Assembly: GCA_032718475.1 (NCBI GenBank)
Contig: JAUCBJ010002966.1
Location: 1-41,457 of the forward strand
Length of the DNA stretch: 41,457 bases
Direction of reading: 5' to 3'
DNA from: Nemertoderma westbladi
Taxonomy: Eukaryota > Animalia > Xenacoelomorpha
Shown: positions 12,994 to 25,325 of the stretch, one piece after another
Layout: each line of letters starts with the position of its first letter
Position numbering within the stretch: the stretch's first letter is position 1
The notes under the pieces: generated by a model
What the model saw: the letters and a program-made list of their open reading frames with translations, nothing else
Database searches by the model: none
What the model was told of the DNA's origin: nothing
Program-made: the position numbers and the translations under genes

Positions 12994-13656
12994 ATGGCTG
13001 CGAGCGCAGACAGTGACAATTATGGAGCGGAGCAGGTTGAAGTGCCGGGTTCGGGTTTAGTTGACGATCGGGGGGAAACAAGCAAGAAAGAAATGGAGAA
13101 AAGGAGACGAACGACGAGAAAGGGAGGTAATAAGGGAAAGAAGAGCAGGTCAAGGAGTCGCCGAGGTAAAGGAAGTAAGTCAAAGAGTCGAAGAGGAAAG
13201 GGGAAGAAAGGAAAGGGGAAGTCGAAAAGGAGAGGGTCGAACGTTAGAGGAAGACCGAGTGGCGGAGTGAAGGTCAGATTAAATATTCATTTGGGAATTA
13301 TTTATTATCGTTTCTAATTAATTATGGGACCTCCATGTCATTATAATTATATTCTGATTGGTTTACTAGACTTATTTTTTAGTATAAGATTACATTAGTC
13401 ACAATTATTTAGAATTATATATAGCTACATAATTGGTAGGTGAGATCATATTGTAACTAAAATTATTTGGTTCTTTTTTTATTATTTTAATTAGGATAAA
13501 AATATTCGAGGAATAAGTACCGGTACCAGAATTCGAGAAAATAGTGAAGCAAAGACTAGCACCAATCCAGCCAAGTCTCAAAAACGAGCAGAGATGACAG
13601 GATGGGAGTTCATGAAAATGGTTTCACACAACAAGAAAACATTACCTAAACGTTAG
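12994..13656 (+). CDS. Putative two-exon small Lys/Arg/Ser/Gly-rich basic protein (exons 12994-13272 and 13495-13656)
   Basis: ATG-initiated purine-rich ORF. AAG|GT donor at 13273; T-rich tract and TTAG acceptor ending 13494. The phase-0 join stays open for 53 further codons to TAG. No homology recognised. Confidence 0.35.
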
Positions 13657-13734
13657 AGAAGAGAAAGGGAATGAGTTGGTGTTGTTACATTACCTAAACG
13701 TTAGAGAAGAGAAAGGGAATGAGTTGATGTTGTT
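13639..13734 (+). repeat. 48-bp tandem duplication
   Basis: ACATTACCTAAACGTTAGAGAAGAGAAAGGGAATGAGTTG(G/A)TGTTGTT occurs at 13639 and 13687. Confidence 0.9.
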
Positions 13735-14578
13735 AAGGACTTTGTGGTCATATCTGTGGACATTGTTCATCAAATAATCAAATTTAATCATTAATTTAAT
13801 CAAATACTTTAACATTTAACTTAATTGTTCAGCATTGTACTGAATCGAATAGTACAACTTAGGTAGACATTAATATTCCGAAACTTTATATGTCGTAATT
13901 AACAATCATAATATCGTTTAATTAATAAAATGATGAGCAATTTTTGAATAGAAACACTCAAATATATAAGATATATTTTCGGTAATATAAAAAAAAATTA
14001 GGAATAAACGTTGAACGCTGAAATATACTGAATTATTCGTGAATGAATTATGTCACGCATTAGGGGGAAGGGGGGTCTCGACTTGTGTGACAGTCACGGC
14101 GATGTTATATACTTTAATATAGCTTGACTTTGACTTGCACATTTGTAGACTTTAAAGGGGGTGGGGTACATCATTTTCGGACAACTTTTCGATATATCAC
14201 TCTCAGCGTTTCAAAATTTGTTGTTTTTGGTTAAATTTGCAATATAAGTACCTAAGATGCCATTCTACATAATAGGTCGGAAATTTTTTTTTCGCTATTT
14301 AATATTAGTTAATAATAAAAAAAACTTGGTTGCGCTTAAAACCCTAAGGCTTTTACAATTTTGAACCTAATCACATGAAAGTTTTTATATATGATAGATC
14401 AAAGATGGGGCAACATAACTATCAGGCGAAATTTTGTGAAAATAATTCGGCACCGCTAGGTGGAGCTGCAAATTTATGTTAATTTTCTAGGTTTGTTATA
14501 AATAGTATGAAATTGTATTAACAAAAATTTCGAAAGGTTGTCTGATACTTTTATGCAGGGTGGCTATGTAGACATCCA

Positions 14579-15636
14579 TCAAGGTGTACTAAATAACAGG
14601 TCATGCAGCGAGCTGATTGCTGAAATTAGAGGAGGCCTATCGTTTCCCTATTTATGGAACTATTTTAATAATATTTCCTTAGAAACTTCTTTTATGCTAC
14701 TTTGGTTAGGTGGATATGATGACTAGGATTCATATCATGTAATAAAATGTTTTTCTGGAATTTTTATCTTGTAGTTGCCAAGGTAACCGGGTGCAAAGTT
14801 CAAACTTTGCGCGTCTGTATTTCAAGGCGACAATGGATTCTTCCCTTGAGATTTGGTAGGTGATTAAAGGAAATAAATGTCTATCAAAATATTTTACATT
14901 GGAATTTGTTTACATTCCCGTTGCCATGGAAATAAGTAGAATGAAAAATTTTTTAAAATTGTCTACCAATTCTATAAAACACCATTTTTATTCAGGTTGT
15001 CAGTCTAAATAATAAGTTAAAATTGCCAACAGTTTATTTTATAATTCAACAATTGTGAATCATATTTCTAAAAGTCAATATTTGCAAATAAACTAAACTG
15101 TCCAATCAGAGAGCAAGATCTGTTATAGCATGATTTTGACATTCCAGAATATTAAATTTCGGTTAGCCAAAATTAGAAATAAAGGACAGCCACCAGGCAT
15201 GTTTGTTGAAAATTATATAAGTAGTAAATAGTAGCCAAATTTCAATCTGGCGGTCATAATGGGAAATTATCGTAATTCCCGTCACCATGGAAACGGGATT
15301 GAAAAATAAATTAAATGTATAATATTTTGATAGACTTTTATTCCCTTTACTCATATACCGAATCTCAAGAACAGAATCCCTTGTCGTCTTGAATTACAGG
15401 CGCTCGAAATTTGAACTTTGCACCCGGTTACCTTGGCAACTACAAAATAAAAATTCCAGAAACACTTTTTATTACATTTCTATGAATCCTAGTCATCATA
15501 TCCACCTAACCAAAGTTGCATAAGAGAGGTTTCTAAGAAAATATTATGAAAATTGTGTCATAAATAGGGAAACGAACGGCCTCCGCTAATTTCAGCAATC
15601 AGCTCGCCGAATGACCTGTTATTTAGTACACCTTGA
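14579..15636. mobile_element. MITE with ~260-bp imperfect TIRs, possibly Kolobok-like
   Basis: TCAAGGTGTACTAAATAACAGGTCAT at 14579 is inverted at 15611-15636. Arms ~14579-14841 and ~15373-15636 align throughout. Confidence 0.85.
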
Positions 15637-16602
15637 CACCCACAGAAATGTTCAGACTAATTACTCAAAAATTGTAAAAGTAGTAAGATTTTGAAGTTGA
15701 CAATTTCATAAAAAAAATATTTGGAGATAATCAACCTTTCATTATAGGCCTACATACAGTATATAATCTCTAAAACCTATGTTTACTTTCAGGGTAGTAT
15801 TAGCAGTTCCTTTCAGATGCTGCGCTTTAAATACTATACAGAGTTAAGACTTACGATAATTACAACGGAATATTTACTAGAGCCAGTGTTATTTACATCC
15901 TTTAAGGATGTAGTATTATGTAGGCTACTCGCACTCACTCCACTGACAATAATATGGGAATACACTGATTTGCTGACGATTACCAATTTTGCTCATGTAT
16001 AAGGATAATTTCAGCTCACTTACGTTGGTATTATGAAATAGCATAAATATCACACAAACCACTTGAATTTGATCTGAACTAGAAAGCCAGCAAGCTGGCT
16101 GGAAGGAGCCCGGGGGAAGAATCCTAGCCAAGACTATATTACAAATGAACTATGTCAGTCAGCTGTAGGCCTACTGTAGTAAGTAGGCCTAAACTAAACA
16201 ATTGTCTAAACTGTAAGGCGTGAGGCTAGCTGACTTTGTGGATCGTCCCACATAATAAAAAATTAAACTTTGCTACCACTAACAAAAATATAATATGAAG
16301 CAAATCATTTCATTGTCAAGCACGTTTACAAGATATAAGATTACCGAATATTTATGAAAAAATGCCCATAATGCACAACCAGGACACCGAGTGAGTGATG
16401 ACCCTGAACCCACCATAGAACCACCCTATATTATAAATCAAGACTCCATTTCCATACGAATATTACAACACCGGCTGCTAAGGCGATCAACCAATGCTGC
16501 ATTATAGAACAAAACTAACAATAGAAAGGGGTAGCTATAGTTACTAAAACTAAAACACAAACAAAGCGCAAATATCCTACAGTAGCTGTTCCACATTAGT
16601 GT

Positions 16603-16756
16603 ACCCTTGTAAAACGAGGATCCCAGCAAAATCCGCGGATCCTGTTGCGGATACCATAGAAGCAATGACGGATCCCAGTAGGATCCGGGATCCACTGTCT
16701 ATGGTATCCGCAACAGGATCCGCGGATTTTGCTGGTATCCTCGTTTTACAAATGCC
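16603..16756. mobile_element. Short palindromic MITE rich in GGATCC
   Basis: Near-perfect ~55-bp arms within 16607-16751, flanked by the direct repeat CCACATTAGTGT (16591-16602 and 16757-16768). Confidence 0.8.
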
Positions 16757-17458
16757 CCACATTAGTGTCAGTAGTTCTAGTAAGATAATAATAGTGATAA
16801 CAGTTTCATTCAATGTTTTGAATAAATACAAATTATATAATATATTATAGAGCAAATGTATAAACAAAAACTCAACTAATATTATGAAAATTGAAGGTCT
16901 AAACAATATGAAACAAAATAATACATTATCAAAGACAAATTAAATTTTAGCATCACAACAACTATCCAAGAAATTTAACAAAACCGCAAATCAGTCAAAG
17001 TGAAAAGGGGGGACAGTTCCCCCCTTCAACCCCCCTTTCAATCAGCACCCCGTCCCAAAAGCAAAGCCGCACCCAGACCCAGTCAAGCAGAATAACCTAT
17101 GGAGATAGATATTATGACAACACACCCGGTTCTTTTAAATTTGTGTGATTTGAGTTTTATGTTCGCACCACTATTGAGTTTTATAATATTTGTAAGAAAT
17201 GTTAAAACTTATCTTATGCCAATGTAGTAATGGTATTAAAATATAATTAAATTAACAATGAACAACAGTTCAAAGCAGCAAAATGCCGGCGGTGACGGCA
17301 ATAATGCCGCAGTGCATTTAATCAACAGTCATCAGTTGGTTGATATGCGTATAATTGAGTTCTTATAGCCGAGTGGTCGGTGAGTATAGTGAAATGAGTT
17401 GATTAGGTAACTTGTATAGTGCTCTATAATTTATGCCACTGTTGTTTTTGGGCTAGCA

Positions 17459-17515
17459 CATGGCCTACTTAAATAGGCCATGTGTTTTTAAGTGTGTCTA
17501 TTTAAGTAGGCCATG
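17459..17515. mobile_element. 57-bp micro-MITE with P-element-like ends
   Basis: 18-bp TIR CATGGCCTACTTAAATAG/CTATTTAAGTAGGCCATG and 7-bp TSD GCTAGCA (17452-17458, 17516-17522). Confidence 0.75.
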
Positions 17516-17687
17516 GCTAGCACCATCAGACTGCAGGAACTTAGCTATGTACTGCACTAAAATATCAACAAAAAGGTGAGTCATAGAATTCTCCGAATTT
17601 ACCTCCAATCAGGGGCCAGTAATCCTTGCCAGCTGTCCGTAACCCATGTATCCAGTTTTCTGTGTAATGGAACTCTACGGGGAGGGT

Positions 17688-17726
<39 letters not shown>

Positions 17727-18039
17727 GAAAGTAAAAATTGCCCTGATTGGTCGTTTGAAATAACAGGGGGCTACCGGACAATGAAACCAGGGTTCTGTTC
17801 CTGGGCTGTTCAAGGCATTTGTGGCAATTCAGAGTCGTAGTATACCAAAACCAAACACAGCAGCAAGGCGTAAGTTTATATGTTCTCAACAACCTTGAAA
17901 TATTGCTGCGTTTAGAGTAGTTCGCGAATTGCACAAAAAGATATATTTTTGCCGCAAAAGTTTGTTGTTTTGGTATGAGGTATGTACAGTAACAACAACA
18001 TCGTTTATTGTTTGGTTAGAAAAGCTTTAGCTACAATCG

Positions 18040-18470
18040 CGTTTAAAAGAGGTGTATCCGGCGATATTTCTCCAGTTACACTCCAGTTATTCTTCAATTT
18101 CATTGTGATTTGTTGGTTGATAGAAAGCTGGCCATGCAAGGATTCCAAATATGTAACACATTCTGAATTTCTTTGCAAAATTGGCGAGATATGGGCATTC
18201 AAAAGCTGCATGGTTTTGTACCTGATAAACCTCATGATTCTTTACAAGCACCAAATTTTCAGCTCTGGAATGTGAAGAAAGAGTTGATAAATTTTCTAAA
18301 CTTTCCATCTACTACTTATCTACTAAGTTTGGTTCAATTCTGAGCCAGCGATGCCTTGAAATTCGCTTTCAAACATTTACCAGACGGACAGACAGACAGA
18401 CGGACATACACCATTTGCTCTATATGAACCGTATGCCAAGACTCGCTGACTACATGGCACGCACCACATA
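18040..18470 (-). mobile_element. Partial HINE-like repeat relic with a short (GACA)n tract
   Basis: CAGACGGACAGACAGACAGACGGAC at ~18381-18405; terminus loosely resembles the 4127-4162 end; shares sequence with 5055-5127/12317-12340. Left boundary uncertain. Confidence 0.4.
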
Positions 18471-18568
18471 GGGGGAGCGCCAACCAATATATTGATACTG
18501 TATATTACACAGTGAATATGAAGGGTGTTGACTGTTGAGTGTTAGATGAATAGCTGCCGCTAGGTGCC

Positions 18569-19560
18569 TTATTAGTAACCGAAGGTTACTTTCTGTAAGA
18601 ATTTGATGTAATTAGTTAATGACTGTAAGAATTGCTTAAGCATTGCTGACTGATCTACAGCCAAAACTATTCTAACGATTTTCACAGCGGCTGGCTGGCC
18701 GGATTCTAAGGTCCCTGGCATGATCGGCTACTCCGACCACAGCCTCTGGGCTCGAAAAATAGACATAAACTAAAAAACGCTATAGGCGCAATAATAAAAA
18801 CACCAGCTGGCACTTATGAAAAATGGATAGAGTTGGCCTAGAAATGCTATTCTATAGGAAGGGCCAACTAACAAGGGAGTACTTTCTGTGCCAAGCTTTC
18901 ACTCTTTCAACACAGACTATAAGCAAACATTAGCTGATTTAGCTGGCTATTACAGCCTCAGCTGAATAACTCATCCCAGTGCATCCTATGGGAATATCTA
19001 CAATGTTACTCTCTCCGCTATGTTAATTGGCGTGCAAGCTGAATGACTGTTAGTTACACAGTATGTTGCCTACTATTGATTGCACTGTACTCTCATCTAA
19101 TAATAATTGTTTTATTTAGAAATCTCTGGGCCAACATTAATACTGTGGAGGCTGTATGCTTATAAGGCTGAATGTTTACTCAGCTTCATAATGATTCTCC
19201 ATAAAGCTAACATTATAGTTTGAAATGTAAAAATCAATGCTTATTATCTGTATCAGGTTATACACTGTGGCATTCAAAATGTTTTATGTTTTATGAAATT
19301 TAGAGGCTAAGAGTACTCTCTGTCAGACATCCCTTCAGACCATAAGCAAACGTTCATCCTATTGTGTGTTTGTAATTTGTTACATGCCAAATATTAGCCC
19401 TGCCCTATACAGAGTGGGATTTCTCTCTGACCAAAGGCAAATAATCATTTTACACAGCTAATAGCTCCTTTCACAGAATACAACACAAACTCTTGCCCTG
19501 GATTCAATGAATGCGAAAGTCTATTACAATAGGTTCCTGAGAAATGCTGGTCACCTGAAT
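18569..19560 (+). mobile_element. HINE-like element with terminal hairpin
   Basis: TTATT followed by the AGTAACC-GAA-GGTTACT hairpin. 18700-18800 is homologous to 20260-20360, and 18855-19205 to 35968-36216. Right boundary uncertain. Confidence 0.55.
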
Positions 19561-19570
19561 TGTTTTTTAG

Positions 19571-20400
19571 TTATTAGCAAGTCGTAAGACTTGATTACTG
19601 TAAGAATTGTCGACTGACTGACTGACTGACTGACTGACTGACTGACTGACTGACTGACTGACTGACTGACTGACTGACTGACTGACTGACTGACTGACTG
19701 ACTGACTGACTGACTGACTGACTGACTGACTGACTGACTGACTGACTGACTGACTGACTGACTGACTGACTGACTGACTGACTGACTGACTGACTGACTG
19801 ACTGACTGACTGACTGACTGACTGACTGACTGACTGACTGACTGACTGACTGACTGACTGACTGACTGACTGACTGACTGACTGACTGACTGACTGACTG
19901 ACTGACTGACTGACTGACTGACTGACTGACTGACTGACTGACTGACTGACTGACTGACTGACTGACTGACTGACTGACTGACTGACTGACTGACTGACTG
20001 ACTGACTGACTGACTGACTGACTGACTGACTGACTGACTGACTGACTGACTGACTGACTGACTGACTGACTGACTGACTGACTGACTGACTGACTGACTG
20101 ACTGACTGACTGACTGACTGACTGACTGACTGACTGACTGACTGACTGACTGACTGACTGACTGACTGACTGACTGACTGACTGACTGACTGACTGACTG
20201 ACTGACTGACTGACTGACTGACTGACTGACTGACTGACTGACTGACTGACTGACCGTATTTTAAGGTCCCTGGCATGATCGGCTACTCCGTCCCCCGTCC
20301 ACAGCCTCTGGGCTCGATAAATAGACATTAACGAAAAAAAGCCATAGGCGCAATGGTAAAATAACTCTAATAATAGCTGGTGTTCACGATGAAATATTGC
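19571..20400 (+). mobile_element. HINE-like element, related to 18569, with a greatly expanded microsatellite
   Basis: TTATTAG followed by the CAAGTC-GTAA-GACTTG hairpin, then CTGTAAGAATT, (GACT)n and TAAGGTCCCTGGCATGATCGGCTACTCCG shared with 18707-18736. Confidence 0.6.
19612..20254. repeat. (GACT)n microsatellite, 643 bp, ~160 units
   Basis: Read directly; no interruptions seen. Confidence 0.99.
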
Positions 20401-20579
20401 TTAATATGTTAAGAGTTATTCACTGGAATAGTAAACCGTGTTGGTTGCCAAGTTTTACTCGTAGGCTATATAAGGAAAGGCTATGTTTACTCACACATAG
20501 GATACTAGGATTGGCATGCTGCATTGCAGCTGCATTTTTAAGAATGCTGTGCCGGCTTGTTGACAAAATTGCGCCGTCA

Positions 20580-21119
20580 TAACTCCCTATCACCCATGAG
20601 GCCATGACATTTGCTAGATCATCCGCATCTTCAAGGCCAGTGTCCTTTAAGATGCGTCTCAAGAAAGTCGTGGGCTGTCCACCATGCTTATTCTCTCCAT
20701 GAGGCTGCCAAAGTACAAGATTATGCACTGGCTGGTCCTCACGGCGAAAGCAATGTCCTGCAAAGCGGAGGCGACTTTGTTCCAGTGTCAAGCTTGGGGG
20801 AACCCATGAGACACCTCCAATGTTATATAGTGTGTGGTTGGAGATGTGTGCATTGTACTTGACACAATGAACCCGGCGTAGCATTCTTGTGAATGTGCCA
20901 TCCAGAGATTTGGTGCCCTCAGCAGTTAGAGCCCAGCATGGACTCCCATAGAGGAGTACTGGAATTACTGCTGCTCTAAAAAATCGGACCTTAAGTTTCC
21001 CATTAATTCTCGGTGACTTCCAAATCCTGGAAAGCCTATTCAAGGCTGCCCATGCCTTTTCCTTACGTATTCGAAGGTCCCTACCTGACTTCCGGATCCA
21101 TGATCCCAGGTAACAGAAG
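20580..21119 (-). pseudogene. RTE-like LINE ORF, C-terminal fragment
   Basis: FCYLGSWI (RT end), KAWAA.NRLSRIWKS, VLLYGSPCWALT, FTRMLRRV and RLRFAGHCFR are typical post-RT motifs of the RTE clade. Confidence 0.85.
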
Positions 21120-21960
21120 CAGAGCCGTATTAACGGCGGGACTTTTGGGGTTGCAGCTCCGGGCCCCGTGAAGGTTTAGGGCCCCCCAGAAAAATAGAAA
21201 AAGTAATGGTCCCTCCCCCCTTACATTAAAAAAAATATTTTTGGAACCACGTTAAAACTAACACATACAAGCTACATGTACAAGGAATATTGTACCCAGA
21301 TGAACAAATGCGAAATTCACATTCCAAAATCTACAACTGAAAATATACCATACATACTTCTCCAATTTCTCACTGTAAACATTGCCAAAGCGCAAGAAAG
21401 GCGGGGGGGGGGGGTGGTCATAATGCAAAGAACACTTCGTAACAGTAATAAAGGAAGGGAGCATCACTGAGCTTTATACAGACAGTATTACCTATACATA
21501 TATTACCTAAATATTATGAAATCGAGAAAACTGGCGGAAATTTATTGAATCTTATGAAATTATAACCTTTCATATAAATAAAAAATTGCAAAAAACGTTT
21601 AAGAAATGGAGGAGGAGTGATATTTTTCGCGCGAAAAAATGTCATTCAGAGATAATTGCCTGAAGTTCAAAGCTTCCTGCGCAAAATTGCCTGTATGGGG
21701 TCCTGTTGGATAATAGAGTCTGACAGGAAGGAAGCACACCACTGAGCAAAATTATATTCACATATTTTCGGGGTCGCTGATTTCATTTCCGGAGGCAGTT
21801 TTAATATTTGATGGAATCTAGTCTGTCCGTCGGTCGGTTGTCTGTCTGTCTTACATTTTGACATTCAGATTGCCAGACAGATATTCCACGATAATTCGAG
21901 AACTAAAAGATATCTCTCTAAGCAGTTTTAGATTTGAAATCCCCTCAAATTCTGCTCTAG
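21120..21960. mobile_element. Composite of TE fragments replacing the RT core
   Basis: Starts CAGAGCCGTATTAAC, a hAT-like terminus with no partner found. A (GTCT)-type tract at ~21821-21850 suggests a second element. Confidence 0.4.
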
Positions 21961-22830
21961 ATACAATAAATCCCATATAATGAAAGTATGCTGAATATAC
22001 GTGAGCGAGAAACTGAATCAAAGGCCTTGAAGAAGTCAACAAAGATAACAGCCAGATGCCTGTCTTTCTTTTTTGATAACTCTTCAATTATCCTTCTAAG
22101 TGCCAAAATGGGCTCCATGGTCCCACGACCTTTACGGAACCCTTTCTGATTTCCAGGGAGCAGTCTCTCAATGGGATCCCTGATGCGATTTAATAGAATT
22201 CTATTGTATAGCTTTGCAGCAATCGAGATCAATGAGATTCCCCGAAAAGAACCATAGAGTGTTAGGTTGCCCTTCTTGGGAACTGGCACCAACTTATTTG
22301 TTTTCATTTCTTGTGGGACTCTTGTTGTACGGTACATGTCTACTATGATGGGATAGATGAGCTTTAAACACTCAGGTATTTTAAAGACCTCAGGGGGAAC
22401 ACCATCTACTCCACTGGCACGATTGGTCTTAATGCTCTTTGCAGCAGCCTTCACTTCTGCAAAGGAGATATCACCAATGGGAATATTTGGGAGTACAGAC
22501 TCAGACACTTTTACTTCTATAAAGTTATCAGGCAATACCCTGTCATTATTGAGGAGCTTTTCAAAGTGGGCCTTCCAACCATATTGAGGCGATCGACTGG
22601 TGATTCAGCCTTAACCTTGGTGGTTGGATGGCTCTTTCGACCAGCAAGCAAGTTGATCGATCTCCATGCCTGGGATGATTGCCTGCTGTCGTCAGCATCA
22701 TTGATGGCATCAACCTGTTGGTTTATAAGCTCCTGTAAATTAACAGAGTACTGCCTGTTCAGGGACCTAGATGCAGCTTTAACTGCATTCTTGGCCGCTG
22801 TAGTCTGTTTGAGTCGGGACTCTTTCTGCT
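21960..22830 (-). pseudogene. RTE-like LINE ORF, linker and N-terminal RT fragment
   Basis: RASGVDGVPPE, PVPKKGNL...FRGISLISIAAKLYNRILLNRI, QKGFRKGRGT, FVDFFKAFDSV. Frameshift near 22580; the YADD region is absent. Confidence 0.9.
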
Positions 22831-23473
22831 TAAAAGTTCCAACTAGTGGTACAGATAACACATTCCCAGTTGCGTAAAATTTAATCGCGAAGTCTATGTT
22901 CAAATGAGTAATTTTTGTATAAAAACATCTGTTTTCAGCGGTTGTCATGGTAACTGCAAAATAGAACAATCGAATTCGGACGCAGAATAAGTCATATAGT
23001 GGGGGTAGGGGTTGGTCCCAAGACATAACACCTTGTCCTTAGGCTTCAAATTAACATTTTATAAATTTTAACATCTGTTAACCCGGTTGCCAAGGTAACT
23101 GGATTTTCTATTCATCCTCAATCGGCTCTGCTATGGACCTTATAGTTGAGTTGAGAAACCCCAAGTTTATATCTATTATAGTTTTCCTACAAATGGAGTT
23201 ATAAATATTGACTTGAAATACATAGACTTTTTTTTAAGTCCGTTGCCATGGAAACCAGATTTTTCCTGGATATGAGACCCGGCCCAAAAGATGCGCCTCG
23301 ACGAGTAGTATATACATGCAAAATTTCAGGGTACTTTTAAAGGCTAGTTTTTTCACCGGTCAAAAAAAACCTAATCTGCCTCACACAAGTAAAATAGCCC
23401 ACTATGAATAGACCATCTCAGCTAAGGAAAATCTTTCTTAGCGAAAGTAGTTGATTTTCCTTAGCTTCGTGGA
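22831..23473 (-). mobile_element. Helitron/HINE-like family copy A, hairpin-CTAG end lost
   Basis: Matches the right half of the full copies and ends ...TTTTCCTTAGCTTCGTGGA at 23473. Confidence 0.85.
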
Positions 23474-23480
23474 TTAAAAG

Positions 23481-23535
23481 CTACTGACTACTGACTACTA
23501 CTGGCTACTGACTACGGGCTACTGATTACTGGCTA
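23481..23535. repeat. CTACTG(A/G) microsatellite, left part; continues at 35712-35782
   Basis: The same 7-bp-type units resume in register immediately after 35711. Confidence 0.85.
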
Positions 23536-23747
23536 CTAGAAAGGCATTTCCTAAAGGAAATGCAACCACGAAGCTAAGGAAAATTAAACAAAGGGCCACA
23601 ATTTGGTTTGTTGCTTAGCCTAGTTTAGAAGCCTTTGCCAATAAATAACTTCTATTCCCATGGAAACTAGAATTCTCTGGAACTGTTGGTTTTACCTTAG
23701 AAAAAAGATTCAGTCCAGATTGTGGTTCAGATAACACATACCAAGTA

Positions 23748-25016
23748 CTAGAAAGGCATTTCCTAAAGGAAATGCAACCACGAAGCTAAGGAAAATTAAA
23801 CAAACCGCCACACTTTGGTTCGTTGCTTAGCCTAGTTTAGTAGCATTTGACAATAATTAACTTCTATTCCCATGGAAACTAGAGTTCTGTGGAACTGTTG
23901 TTTTAACCTTTGAAAAAAGATTCAGTACAGATTGTGGTTCAGATAACACATATACAAAGTTTCAGAAAATATTGTAGTTTAAGTCCAAATTACCGATTTT
24001 CTATCAAAATGCATCTGTTTGTAGTGGTTGTCATGGAAACTGAAAAATAGAACAATGTAATTCGGATGCAGAATAAGTCATATAGTGGGGGTAGGTGTTG
24101 GTCCCAAGTCTTAATAGTATTAACTTGTGCTTCAAATTATCATTTTATAAATTTTAACATCTGTTTAGCCTTGTTGCTATGGTGACTGGAATTTCTAATT
24201 AACCTCGAACGGCTTGGATATGGACCTTATAGTTGAGTTGAGAAACCCCAAGTTTATATCTATTGCGGTTTTTCTACAAATAGAGTTATGAATATAGACT
24301 TGAATGATATAATCTGTAATAAACTCCAGTTACCACGGTAACTAGATATCTCTGGAATGTTTTCAGTTTCACTAAAAGTTCCAACTAGTGGTCCGGATAA
24401 CACATACCCAGTTTCGTAAAATTTTATCGCGAAGTCTATGTCCAAATGAGTAATTTTTGTATAAAAACATCTGTTTTCAGCGGTTGTCATGGTAACTGCA
24501 AACTAGAACAATGAAATTTGGACGCAGAATAAGTTATATAGTGGGGGTAGGGGTTGGTCCCAAGTCATAACACCGTAACCTTAGGCTTCAAATTTACATT
24601 TTATAAATTTTAACATCTGTTTAGCCCTGTTGTCAAGGTTACTGGATTTTCTATTTAACCTCAATCGGCTCTGCTATGGACCTTATAGTTGAGTTGAGAA
24701 ACCCCAAGTTTATATGTATTATAGTTTTCCTACAAATAGAGTTATAAATATTGACTTGAAATACATAGACTTTTTTCTAAGTCCGTTGCCATGGAAACCA
24801 GATTTTTCCTGGATATGAGACCCATCCCACACGACGCGCCTTGATGAGTAGTATATACATGCAAAATTTCAGGGTACTTTTAAAGGCTAGTTTTTTCACC
24901 GGTCAAAAAACCCCAAATCTGCCCCATACAAGTAAAAGGGCCCACTATGAATAGACCATCTCAGCTAAGGAAAATCTTTCTTAGCGAAAGTAGTTGATTT
25001 TCCTTAGCTTCGTGGA
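23748..25016 (-). mobile_element. Helitron/HINE-like copy C, full length, nested in B
   Basis: On the minus strand it runs TC...hairpin GCATTTCCT/AGGAAATGC...CTAG and is inserted at A|T with no TSD. Confidence 0.9.
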
Positions 25017-25325
25017 TCAGAAAATATTGTAGTTTATGTCCAAATTACCGATTTTCTATCAAAATGCATCTGTTTGCAGTGGTTGTCATGGAAACTGAAA
25101 AATAGAACAATGTAATTCGGATGCAGAATAAGTCATATAAGGGGGGTAGGTCTTGGTCCCAAGTTATAATACTATTAACTTGTGTTTCAAATTATCATTT
25201 TATAAATTTTAACATCTGTTTAGTCTTGTTGCTATGGTAATTGGATTGTGTAATTAACCTCGAATGGATTGTATATGGACCTTACAGATGAGTTGCACAA
25301 CCCCAAATTTATATTTATTACATTA

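Noticed and set aside
17565-17934. Poly-Pro and poly-Gly ORFs
   Set aside because: They come from a G homopolymer run at ~17690-17723.
19551-20328. 241-aa and 253-aa SQSV-repeat ORFs
   Set aside because: They are translations of the GACT microsatellite.
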